Assembly (NCBI GenBank): GCA_050084985.1
Contig: JBITNC010000001.1
Coordinates: 80,910,001-80,974,000, forward strand
Source of the DNA: Nageia nagi
Taxonomy: Eukaryota; Plantae; Pinophyta
DNA: 64,000 nt
Direction: 5' to 3'
Shown: piece by piece, positions 52,460 to 64,000 of the stretch
Numbering within the stretch: the first letter of the stretch is position 1
Layout of the letters: every line of letters begins with the position of its first letter
The notes under the pieces: generated by a model
Databases searched by the model: none
Told to the model about the DNA's origin: nothing
What the model saw: only the letters and a program-made list of their open reading frames with translations
Made by a program: the position numbers and the translations under genes

Positions 52460-52759
52460 CTCCCTCCAGCTTAAGACATTGCTACTCCTGGAGCAATAAA
52501 GGAAAAAGACAGCCTCAATCAAAATCATTGGAACTTTCGACAACAGTAACAACTGGTGGAGCATGAACTAAATGAGCCAAATCATAAGGTCCGGTAGCGA
52601 GCTGCAATCTTTGTCAGGTCCGAATGTCAATTGTGCCCTCTTTAACCTGTGGAACACTTGTCCCCCCACCATGGTGTCGGATAAGCCGAGACTCCCATGT
52701 TCTGAATGCTGCATTTGGTTGGGGCTCATTTTCAGTCACTTCAGGAACCTGCAATAGAA

Positions 52760-54810
52760 TCAGCGGAGGACGAAACTGACTCCCACCCAATTGTCAGGAT
52801 CTATTTCTAACAAAGAGATAAGAGAGAGAGCTCGCCGTCTGCTCCAATATAAATTACCAGGTGTAAAAACTTCACGGATGCGGAGTTCATAAGGTAAACC
52901 CATCCAACATGTGTTACAACACACCACAGCCTCATCAAACATGGCGTGAAGAGTTTCGCGACATTCTTGTACACAATGTGATATTGCCGCTTGATATTGT
53001 GCTCTAATAGGGTCTTGTAAAAGAAGTACGCGCAATGCAGCCTAAAACCGTTGGGGAAAATATGCTTCAATCCTCATTGGAAAGATGTCACCCTCTTGAC
53101 TGTTCTAAAATTGAGCTATTTCCTTCCTCCATTGAATATGATTTAACAGAGCAGAAATAAATGCCCGCAACTGGACTTCTCCCACATACAAATTGACAAA
53201 GCACCCTCGATCGAACGGAACAAAGAAAGCGTGAATAAAACACTCACACATTAAGAAGCGTTGCTCATCCGAAGCAACAGAATATTCTTGAAGAAATTGT
53301 TGGGGAGTGTCTAAATGATAAAGTCACCCCTTCTTAATCTGTGACAATTGCCATCTGTAAAAGAGTTCTTTCAAATACACACTGTAAACCGATGAAGGTG
53401 AGCGTAGTCGCAGAATTTCCTCAAAGATTAAGGAAACATCCTGGACAATTTGCTTTGGAACAGAAGAGTTTTGGAAGAGTGCAACAACTAGGCTCTGAGC
53501 TTCTTCATATTTATTTTGTAAATTCTGATGCTCTACCACCAACTATTCATGCATAATGTTGAAATCAGAAAACACATACTGTTCCTGTGCCACCTGATGT
53601 CTCAGCTCTTCAATTTCATCTCGCAATCTAGCAGTGAAAGCCTTCTCCTCTGTCAAAGCAATCATCCAATCAAAATTCTACTAAATTCTCTCCTTAAGGG
53701 CTAACTGTTTAGACCGGATGTGCCTGATCATTGCATGGAGTGTCTAAGTGCCCATTTGTTGCCGCCGTAATGTATCATTAGTTGCAACCAACTCTTTATT
53801 TTTCTGTTCTATCTCATCATGTTGGGCACGCAGAATCTGATTTTCATGCTTCAGACGTTTGGTTTTCCCTTCTAGCTCTTGAACACAAGTTAATAACAGG
53901 AGTAATGGAGGAATTGGCAATCTCAAAATTCGGTTGCAAACAAGTAGAATCTTCCAGTGGTGCAGAAAAAATTGACACAGTCACAGGAACTGTGGAATCA
54001 ATGCGTGGTCTCTTCCTAGAAGGTCCAGCGGAAGACTCTGCATGTGGTTGACAAGTGGAAGACTTAATTTGGACGTGAGCTGGTGGAACTACCTCTACCA
54101 GATTTATGCCAAATGTAGGTACTATATCCGGTTCAGCAGCCTCCTCCTTGCCTTTTAAAAATGCTTGCCAGGATTCTTCTCCACCAATATGAAGAAAATA
54201 CTCCCGACAAATCAAAGTGATAAGTCCATGGTGTTTTAAAGGAGAAGTCTGGTTCGACTCGTGCCACTTAGCGGCCATGGACTGAAGACTATCAAACAAA
54301 TGCTGAGGAATATTATACTTATACTTGCCTGGATATCGTAACTGAACCAACAGCCGCATTTGATGCCCTTGCAGCATTGCATACTGGCCCTCACAGAAGA
54401 AATACTTCAGTACCCAGGTGTCAACCTCACTCCACGGCTCAGGTAAAGACGTGCGGTTAGTTCCTCGGTCTCATCCTTTGCTCTTAAATTTGGTTGCGCG
54501 AGGCTCAACAAGATGGTGGAAGGCGTCAAGAATATCATCAGGCGATTCTTTTCCAGGTGTCAACTCTTCACCTTCAACAGGAATACCAGAGATGGCGCTA
54601 ATTATCTCAGGAGAGACTAGAATGGTGTGCTCCCTAAGAGTGACAGAGTTTTCTTTTAATCGAACTGCCGCACCAACCAGAGCTCATAGCCTTGAAACTT
54701 GTCGAAAAATTGGAGCCACTGGGCGGTGGCAAATATTTCTGACACCTTGGAATCCTTCCGGAGCTCTTCCGTCGAGCTGGGTTCTTCTCGGCACTTCTGA
54801 TCCATTGCAT
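52760..54810 (-). pseudogene. Accessory ORF between pol and the 3' LTR (sense to pol), frameshifted; conserved-looking N-terminal domain plus coiled coil
   Basis: WLQFFDKFQGY..ISAISGIPVEGE..LPEPWSEV..KYFFCEGQY..NIPQHLFDSLQSM..LKHHGLITL; coiled-coil ORFs 53324-53926; ORFs 52760-53070. Confidence 0.7.
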
Positions 54811-55522
54811 TGACAACTAGTGGTCTGCAAGTTTTTGGCTGAATTTCGAGTGTGGCAAGGTGGCGAACAGCACTTATGGCACATTTGTTACTTGGACATA
54901 CAGATTCAAATAATTTATAACGGTTAAACTACTAATTACCTAACTAATGGTGAAATGACATACCATTTAATGGTGGATGGTGGCGGAGCGTAAAGATGGA
55001 CATCTGGTACATGCAGAGTTGATGGAGTGACATACCGACAATTGCGTACATGATATTCTAAAGCCGCGGATCTCTTCCTATGAATCATGCATCACGTGAG
55101 AGACACTTGACACGTGTTAGGCATTCGTTTGTGTGACGGGAAAAGGTGGCACTTCGTCTTATTCATGGCATGGAAAAGTGTGACAGCCAGCTCTTGAATC
55201 GTGTACCATGGAGTGGTGGGTGTGAACATGTGGATACGTGGACGTACCCTGTTTGTCGAGCTGTCACATGGTTCGGTTGTTATGTTGTACTCCCAACAGG
55301 TGACGTTACCTTGAAAATTGGGCCATCACGTTGTAACTGAAATCTCGTCTGGCGCATTGTACGAAGGTCATGGCAAGGAAATTGATAGCTCTTGACGTGT
55401 CCGGAGAAACGTCGTCCAAAGCTACAGTCATGACACCTGTGCAAGATTCATGCTAACTCTTGAAACTATAATAGTTCCTGCTGAAATGAAAATCCTGCAC
55501 GTGACCTTATGTTATATTTTTT

Positions 55523-55528
<6 letters not shown>

Positions 55529-55568
<40 letters not shown>
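55529..55568. repeat. (TA)n microsatellite
   Basis: Perfect TA run. Confidence 0.9.
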
Positions 55569-55570
<2 letters not shown>

Positions 55571-55710
55571 ATTTTTTTTTAAAAACTGACTATAGCTCCT
55601 TGTGTTTCCAGTGTTGGTGATTTTCACCCAACAAGTGCCAATTTCCTGGTTTTCGCTTATCAACTGCCACATTCACTGGAATCACTTATTTATAAGACTG
55701 ATCAATGGAA

Positions 55711-58700
55711 TTATTTAACCATACCCAAGGAGGAAGAGGCTTCCTCAGATGTATCAGGATCTGCTATCCTTATCTGCTGTGTGAATTGCTCCTTCGTTAC
55801 TAGTACAGTATATGGGCAAAGGCGATGTCTATTAACCAGGAGAATCCTCCGAGAGTCGTCAATCGGTTGCAACTGGACTGAACCATTAAGGAATATTTGA
55901 AAAATCTTATATGGCCCCAAGCATTGTGTTTGGAGCTTCTCTATGAAATCATTATAGCGGGAATCAAATTATAAAGCCCATTCTCCTACCCGAAACTGGT
56001 TTTGTTTTAGATTTTTGTCATGCCATATCTTTCGTTGATGTTGAATGATCTCAGTATTATGCAATGCCTCCATTCTTATTTCATCTAGCTCATTTACCTG
56101 TAGTAGTCTATTTTTCTGTATTTCTATTATGTCCATCCCAACCTCTAGGACTGTTCTCAATGTCTGGAGCTCTAATTCTATAGGCAATAAAGGATTCTTA
56201 TCAAATACTAACTCATATGGAGTAAACCCAGTGGTGGATTTCCACATAGTATTGTATGCCGAGACTGCTTCAAGAAGCCTAGATACCCAATCCCTTCTGT
56301 GTGAAGCTACTGTCTTGGTCAATATATTTTCCAACTCTCTGTTAGTAACTTCAACTTGTCCATTCATCTGTGGATGATAAGGCGAAGCCTTCTTATGTCG
56401 GATCTGGTACTGGTTCACAAAATGTTGAATTGTTTTTGACATGAACTGTGGACCTTGATCAAAAACCAGAAACTGAGGAGCTCCAAATCTTTGCATAATG
56501 TTATTATACAGAAAATCTGCCACATATTCTTCCTTGGCATGTGCCAAGGCTACTACTTCTACCCACTTAGTGGCATAATCAGTACAGACTAGTATGTGTT
56601 TCCTACCTTGAGATGGAGGATTAATAGGCCCGACAAAGTCGATGCCCCATTGCTCAAATGGTTCAAGCATCCATTGCGGTTGTAATGGCATTTGAGTAGT
56701 AGCAGTAGGCCTACCCATTCGTTGACACTGATCACACTGCCTCACATATTTTTTAATGTCTTTGTGCATAGAAGGCCAAAAATAACCAGCTCCTAGGACT
56801 TTATGGATGGTTCATTTATCAAAATAATGACCTCCTGAAGGCTCATCATGGCATGTACGGATGATATCAAATACCTCATCTGTCCGAAGACACCTTCGAA
56901 ATGCATGATCAGGTCCATATTTGAATAGCAACCCATCCAACCACTTATATGATGCACTCTGTCTAATCAATTGTTTCCTCTGATTTGGAGACAAATGCGG
57001 AGGAAGTTTCCGAGTGGCTAAATAATTGGCAATATCTGCAAACCAGGGAGACTGTGCAGATATTGCAAAAAGTTATTCATCTGGAAAGATATCTTCCAAC
57101 ATTTTATCTTCTCGGACAATATTCAATCTAGATAAGAAATCTACGACCACATTTGCCCTTCCAAGCTTATCAATGATAGTCACATTAAACTCCTGTAATA
57201 GCAGCAACCATCTCACAACTCTTCCACTTACCATAGGTTTGTTCATGAGATATTTAATGGCAACATGGTCAATATGAACAAACACTTGGTATCCTGTGAT
57301 ATAGTGTCTAAATTTATTGATGGCATACACTACTGCTAGGAATTCTTTCTCTGTAGTAGTATAATTTCTTTCATCTCCCACCAAATTTTTACTTATGTAA
57401 TAAATAGCATATCGGGGCTTACTTGGTTCTTCTTGTCCTAGGACTGCTCCAATAGCATAATTTGAGGCATCTATATGAATGTGGAATGGTAGTTCCTAAT
57501 TGGGACCTCTCAACACAGGAGTTGTGGTGAGTTTTTCCTTGATAGTCTGAAAAGCTTCTTCACAATCAGTTGTCCATTCAAATTCATTGTCCTTATGCAG
57601 CAAGGCAAATAACGGAGCTGCTGTTTTACTGAAATTTTCTACAAATCTTATGTAGTATCCGGCATGTCCCAAGAAGCTCCGGACATTTGTTTGAGTCTCA
57701 GGTTGAGGGAGTTGCTTGATGACTTCTATTTTCTTGGGATCCACCTGAATCCCTTGGGCTGAAATATGATGGCCCAAAACTATTCCCTCCTGTACAAGCA
57801 TGAAGCATTTTTCATAGCTTAAGGATAGATTATGCATTTTACATCGCACCAAGACTTTTTCTAAGTTCCTCAATGCATCTCCAAAAGTGTTGCCATACAC
57901 CATGAAGTCATTCATGTACACTTCAACGCAATCATTAGTCAAATCTGAAAAGACTGCTAGTACAACTCTTTCGAAAGTTGTTGGTGCATTGCACAAGCCA
58001 AATGGAAGAACTTTATAAGCATATGTACCCCATGCACAAGTAAACGTGGTCTTGCCTTGATCTTCCTCTGCAATTTGTATTTGGTTATAGCCACTAAATC
58101 CATCTAGGAAGGAGAAATATTGCTTACTAGACAAAGTGTCTAACACTTGGTCAATGAAAAGTAATGGGAAGTGGTCCCTGAATATAGCTTTATTGAGAGC
58201 GTTGTAGTCAACACATACCCTCCATTTACCATTTTTCTTAGGCACAATCATCAATGGTGAGACCCGTTGACTATCTGAGATAGGATAGATGAATTTAGCT
58301 TTCAATAGCTTTTCAATTTCAGTCTTGACAACTTCTTTAAGTGCAAGATTTACGCATCAGGGAGGCTGCTGGACTGGTCTGGTTTCATCCGTATATATAT
58401 GATGGGTACAAATCTCCGGATGAATAACTTTCATGTCTAAATATTCCCAGGTGAAAGCCTCAGTATGGGCTGTCAAGACATCAAAAAGCTTCTTCTTTTG
58501 ATCATCTATCAACCAACTGCTGATATTAAGAGTCTTTCCTGGTAATACTTCCACAGTCTTGATCCCAGGTTTGGTCAGATTACTTTGTTCTTGTAGCTGA
58601 ACCAAGGAATTCAAAGGACAAGAGTGTGGAAATAAAGAATGGAATACTCTTGTTCTTTCCCTGAAAGTATCCCCTTTTGGAACAATGTAAGGGGGCATTT

Positions 58701-61700
58701 GAACATTGCCAAAAATGTTGCCTGCTCTTCTGATGGAACATCGAAAATAATGTTCAGTAGTGGTTTAACCACTATATTTCCCTTCTCTTCATCACTGCCC
58801 TCTGATTCTTCTTCCTGCGGCTCCTAACAATGGTATTGTATTTGTTCCAAACTAGGATTTTCTTCTGTCTTCAACATGGTCCTTGATGATAATGGTTGCT
58901 AATGTTGCAAAAGTCTCATGTGCATCCGTGTCAGGCTCATCAACCCATATCTGGTTGTGATATTCCAACGTTGGTTGGGCAGGTGTGTACAAAGAAAGTG
59001 TCTTTGTGTTTAGGCTGTTAGAAATGGTCATATCTCCAAACCTACAGTTGATGTATGCAGCTGCAGTGGCTAACCAAGGTCTTCCTAGTATGACTGGATA
59101 TCCAGAAGGCTGTGCTCTTGTCTTTAGAAGCAGAAAATCTACTGGATAACTCCAGGCATTTACTGTTATTTGGACATCTTCCACGATTCCTTCTGGCTTG
59201 GCCATTGTTCGGTCTACCATCTGCAACATAGTTAAAATGGGCTGTATATTTGACAGGAATAGCTTTGAGACATATCCAGAGTCATGACATTTATTGCTGC
59301 TCCCAACCAAAACATTGGATACTTTAGTGACTCTTATGAAAATGGTAATAACAGGATTACCTGGATCACCATACTTAGGAATTACCAAATTTCCGGCCAA
59401 AAGATCAGCTACTTTACCATTTAATTTAATAGTCTTTGGATAGACCTTCTTTCTTCTTCCTCCCTTTTGGATGCATAGTTCTTTAACCAGCTTGTTTAGC
59501 TCAGGAACTTGTTTAATTGCTTGTAATACAAGTATCGAGATATTCAATTTCCTTATCTCTTGTAGCAGTTCTGATTCAGTTTCTTGGGGTTTTTCAATCA
59601 GTCTTTCTGGATACGGAGTAACTTCTGTCTGGAGCTTCTTGTTGTTTGCGGGTAGAATTGTTTCTGTTGGTGGCTCCTGACTGTCTTCCGTGTGTTCTCC
59701 TAGAGATTCGTCTAAGCTGTCCACCTCTACTTCTGTGATGATAGGAGGTACAGGATCTAGCAATTTCTTACAAGATCAAAGCTCAATTTCATTGCATTGG
59801 ATAGCATTTACTGATGGAGTGTCTCCTTGATCAATTTGATAGGCAAGCGCTGGAGCTTGCCTGTTTTTATTTGGGTTAAGAACAGGTTGGGCCGGAAGAG
59901 CAGGTTACTTTGGAGGTTGTTGCTGCTGATTCATTTGCTGTTGTTGATTAAATGGTGGTGGTAGCAAACCTTGCCTTCGCTTTCCTTGTACTGGATGATT
60001 ACTCCAGTTCTGTCGATTTTGTCCTCCATATTGTTGCCATTGTGGATTCCATTGTGAAGGATCCCATCCATAACCTTGCCAATCTCGAGTTACCATCCAT
60101 AGGGAATATGGTGGCATGCTCAACCAATTCTGATTCGTTGGTGTAGAAAAATAGGGATTTGGATTCCCTTGGAAATTACTATTTCCCCTAGGCCCCATTG
60201 CTCCCATATAGTTCATGTTCATGTTTGGAGCTGCTACAGACATTTGTGCTATGGTTAGATAGTCACAATCATCTGTTGGATGGTCATTATTGCATAGGCT
60301 ACATATATGGGTAATGTTCAGAGGACATTCATGTAGAGCATGTTTCTTTCAGCACCTAGGACAGTACCTTGTTGAAAACTCATCTGTGGTCTCCTTTTTC
60401 GAATTTGTAGTTTGAAGAGAATCTTGGACCTCCTTCAGTTTATTTGTTGTTCCCTTCATTTGACTTAATTCAAACAGAACATCATTCCTGAAGTTTGCAA
60501 ATTCCTCTTTAATTTCACTTGCCAATCCAGTCTCTACCCGACCATCATTCTGAAACCTGTCACTTCTCTTATGTGTTCTGGTCCATGAATAGTTTCTGCA
60601 AAGTTCCACAATTTCATCAAGAGTTAACTTATTGACATTACCCTTTCCCATCATATTGAGGACTTCCAATGTGGAATCCAAAAGCCCTCTTAAAAAGATG
60701 GTTTTGGAGAATTCGGGATCCATGGTTGTGTCAACTCTTTTCTGAACAAATAAGAATCTGTCAAGGTAATCTTCAAGGCTTTCTGATGCTTCTTGACTGA
60801 GTCGAAACAGTTCATCTTTCCTATCTTTGACTCGACAGTATTCCTGGTATTTTTCCAGACAAGCTTTACTCCATTTCATCCCAAGTGGAGATGGAATCTG
60901 GAGGAAGTCCCATGAACCACCTCATTGCATTGTCCTTTAGAGTGGATGGAAAAAGTTTTAATTTTTGTTCATCCATCTCATAGTCATAAGTTCTGCACAA
61001 TATCTTGAATTCAAACAGAAATTGATTTGGACCCTCACTGGAAAGACCTCGAAAGGTAGGTAAGACTGATGGTGAAATGTTCTTCATAGGAGCCTGAGTC
61101 CCTGCGACGAGCCTTATGGGATAAGTGAATGTTTGAGTAGAGGGATTAGTACCTCCCACTCCAGAACCACCACTTCCTCTAGACATATTGACAAGTGGAT
61201 TAGTATATATCTTCTTTATTTGCTCAAACTTTGGTAATCTCCATTGCTGTAATAAATATGGAAGGGTATCTTGGCTGCTTCTTTTTCTGCTTCAGAATCA
61301 CTTTCACTAGAAAGAGGATGAATATGAGTAACAGGTAAGGGTAAAGATGTATTGGAGAAATGAATGAATGGATGAAGAGTAGTAGTGACTGTATCCGGAG
61401 CAAGCTCAACTGTCTTTGTTTGGAGAGTTAAATCTGCAAACCGAATAGGAAATGGAGGGGATTTATCAATAAATCTTCTATATTGCTTAGATGGATCTGA
61501 GAATCTCAGAAATGGTGGTGATGATGGACTAATGAAAGTTGTCTCTTCTGCAAAGACAAGGTGCTCAGATTCTGGAGTATGGTTTGCCTCCTCTTCCAAA
61601 ATTGTTGGATCAATTTCTTCCAATTCTTCCACAGGTCTAGGCTTTGGCCTAGTTTCTTTTGGTTGCTCCACCTAATGTTTTTCGACAACTATACTGCTTC

Positions 61701-61851
61701 CCTTTTCTTCCACAACCTTTTTTGAACTCAACTTTTTAGTTTTGGGGGGTTTTTGTTGTGTTTTCTGGACTGATTTTCTTACAGCTACTTTCTTACTACC
61801 ATCTCCTTTACTACTGACAAATCTTCCTTTATTATGTCTTGATCTATTCAT
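55711..61851 (-). pseudogene. Athila-like gag-pol with stops and frameshifts
   Basis: Gag KLKLFPSTLKDNAMRWF; PR VILGRPWLATA; RT WRVCVDY, LDGFSGYNQI, YMNDF; RH NYTTTEKEFLAVVYA; INT FEQWGIDFVGP, YHPQMNGQVE. Confidence 0.95.
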
Positions 61852-62063
61852 ACATTCTCAAGAAAATAAGCACACCAATTTATCACAACTTAGACAACAG
61901 TTCGCTACAATTTCTTAATATAGGTTATTGGGGCCACTTATTCTGTGAAGAATTGAGGAACCAGGATGGCACCCGATTGCAAATTGACTCTATCAAGTCC
62001 CCTATCCTTAAGAAGTGCAGGGATAGTTCAATTAACACCGTTCCCCAGCAACAGCATCAAAAA

Positions 62064-63571
62064 TGATGAGTAAAATAATGGTATTCCAAATTCCATCAAA
62101 GCTATCACTACCCTTCCCCTAGTGATCCTTTCACCTGTTATCGTGAAGGGGCCAGTTAACTCGTAGAGCTGGTACTCCAACACTCACAGCAGATTTTAGT
62201 TTCCTCTCACTAGTCTTGGAAGACAATATCTGACTCCTTCATTTAGTTAATCAATCCGGGCGGTGTTCAAGGCTATATGCTATTGAACTCTGTTCTCTCA
62301 GCTGTATCTACTTCAAATAAACATTGTAGAAAGCAAATATGCAGAATGGAAAGTTGCAAAATTGAAAATACAGGAATCTTAAATGCTGAAAGAAATATAC
62401 ACTTGAAATCATCACACTGAGTGTAAACTCACACCTAAATTAAAAGAACAATAAAATAAAAGTGTCTTCTACCATTTGGAGTGGGCCCTTGCTTCTCTTG
62501 GTGGAAGACTTAGAACAACTCAGAACTGGAAACTCTTAACAGATCACTCTATTATTGCGTACAATTTGTCTTGCACAGAATGTGCTTGACGAATATAATA
62601 CAAAGTTTTATTCTCAACAATCTACACACAATACTTCCTTAATTTTCTAACCCCTTCCCCCCCCCCACCGTCAACAACTGAGGTATAAATATCCTCTGTT
62701 GTTTAACAATAGGCTGGCCAAGAATAACAATAATTTGAACAATATTCTGTTATAGAAAACAGAATCAGTTATTCCACCAGCTAGCTAATGCTAAAATTAA
62801 CATGCTAACAGTGCCCACGTCTTATCTAAGGAGAGCTGCAATCTCTTAAGAAAAGGGTGGCTCATCTCAACAAGTCAACACTATCCTATTTACATCATAA
62901 GTAGTTTATTATGCCTAATTTAGAGTCAAAAATACTCCATAAAACGAATCATATCTGACTATATCTAATGTGTTGGAGCCATGCTTCTATATACTATATC
63001 TAGAGCAGCTCACATCACATAAATATCTAGATTATACAAGGCTAGAATAGAGCTGACAATATAGTCAATACTGACAGTCAATTTCTCAAATTTGGGTTTG
63101 GAGCAGGAGCTCCGGACAAGTCTGGAATAGAAGCTTCGGACGAGTCTAAAATAGAAGCTCCAAATGAGTCTAGAATAGGAGCTCCGAGCAAGTATGGAAC
63201 AGAAGCTTCGGACGAGTCTGGAACAGAAGCTCCAGACAATACAACTCTACTTTACCAAATGAGGCGTCCAATGTGTCCGGAGCAATGTATACAAGTGCAG
63301 AATCTATTTAGAATACTTCCTAACAATACTTGCAACTCATCTGAGTTATCAACCATCATTCCGTGGAGCAAAGACAAGCATTTTGGTTCAAACAAACACA
63401 CAAAATAGAATCAGTATTAACAAAATACTAATATAAGGAAAGTATGCATTTAACCATATATGAAGCAACTAAATAGTCCAACAGTTACAATTAATTCATC
63501 CCATAATGTCCAAATATACAAAATGAACCATCAAACAGTACCAAAAACCAGGTAATTACTGAGACTCATCA
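62064..63571 (-). repeat. 5' LTR (1508 bp)
   Basis: Direct repeat of 50924-52459, adjacent to the PBS. Confidence 0.96.
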
Positions 63572-63988
63572 CATTACAGATGCAAGCCCTGTTTGTAAGA
63601 GAGAAGGTAAATTGGTAGAGTCCACTTTTAATCATATTTATTGGACTCCATGTTGTATGCATGCTTTGAACAATACTTTGAAAGATATTGGAAAGATAGA
63701 ATGTGTGAAGGATATAGTTCAAGAGGCTAGAAAGATGCAAATGTTTATTTGTAACCATCACACATCAATGGCCTTGTTTCGGTGTTTCTCAAAGAAGAAG
63801 TTCATCAAACCTGCTGAAACAAGATATGCCACATATTACTTTCTCTTGGAGAGGATGCTTGAGTTACAGCAGCCACTCCAATCCATGGTAGTGTCATCAG
63901 AATGGAAGAAGTGGAAGGAATCTAAGTCAGATAACGGAAAAGCACATAAATTGAAAATCTTAAATGATAGTTGGTGGGATGAAATTAG
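63572..63988 (+). pseudogene. hAT transposase, continuation after the LTR insertion
   Basis: (V)ITDASPVCKREGKLVESTFNHIYWTPCCMHALN..KPAETRYATYY..SWWDEIR. Confidence 0.92.
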
Positions 63989-64000
63989 GTAAATGAAGTT

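Larger units (their letters stand above)
50924..63571 (-). mobile_element. Full-length Ty3/gypsy Athila-like LTR retrotransposon (12.6 kb)
   Basis: Two similar LTRs (TGATGAG..CTCATCA); exact TSD CATTA at 50919-23 and 63572-76; decayed tRNA-Asp-type PBS complement tccccagcaacagcatca at 62042-59; PPT complement ctccctccagct at 52460-71. Confidence 0.96.
49268..64000 (+). mobile_element. hAT DNA transposon (left end approximate, runs off the window), interrupted by an Athila-like element
   Basis: GC-rich subterminal region from about 49268; BED finger and DUF659-type transposase on both sides of the LTR element. Confidence 0.8.

Noticed and set aside
56045-61675. Plus-strand ORFs overlapping gag-pol
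   Set aside because: Antisense shadows of the retrotransposon polyprotein

Overview
AT-rich land-plant nuclear DNA. It is probably from a large-genome, gymnosperm-like species, inferred from the long TE-filled introns and the element types. Positions 1-36 kb are a nest of decayed transposons. A Ty1/copia element (+) is split in gag by a complete 11-kb CACTA element (1125-12101) and cut before RT by a chromovirus Ty3/gypsy element (-). A second CACTA copy sits in that gypsy's 5' LTR, and a PIF/Harbinger-type MITE sits inside the second CACTA. Positions 38.7-48.6 kb hold the six 3' exons of an intact thylakoid/envelope ADP,ATP (PAPS) carrier gene (-). Its introns contain a LINE remnant, a solo LTR, a MITE and an hAT element interrupted by a full-length Athila-like LTR retrotransposon. 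The most notable observation concerns the two diverged CACTA copies. Both carry a multi-exon SET-domain (lysine methyltransferase-like) gene immediately upstream of the TnpD transposase, preceded by a degenerate telomere-repeat array. In the complete copy a mirror-image telomere array precedes a divergently oriented TnpA-like gene. This suggests a CACTA family with its own chromatin-modifier module. All protein assignments come from manual motif recognition, not database searches.
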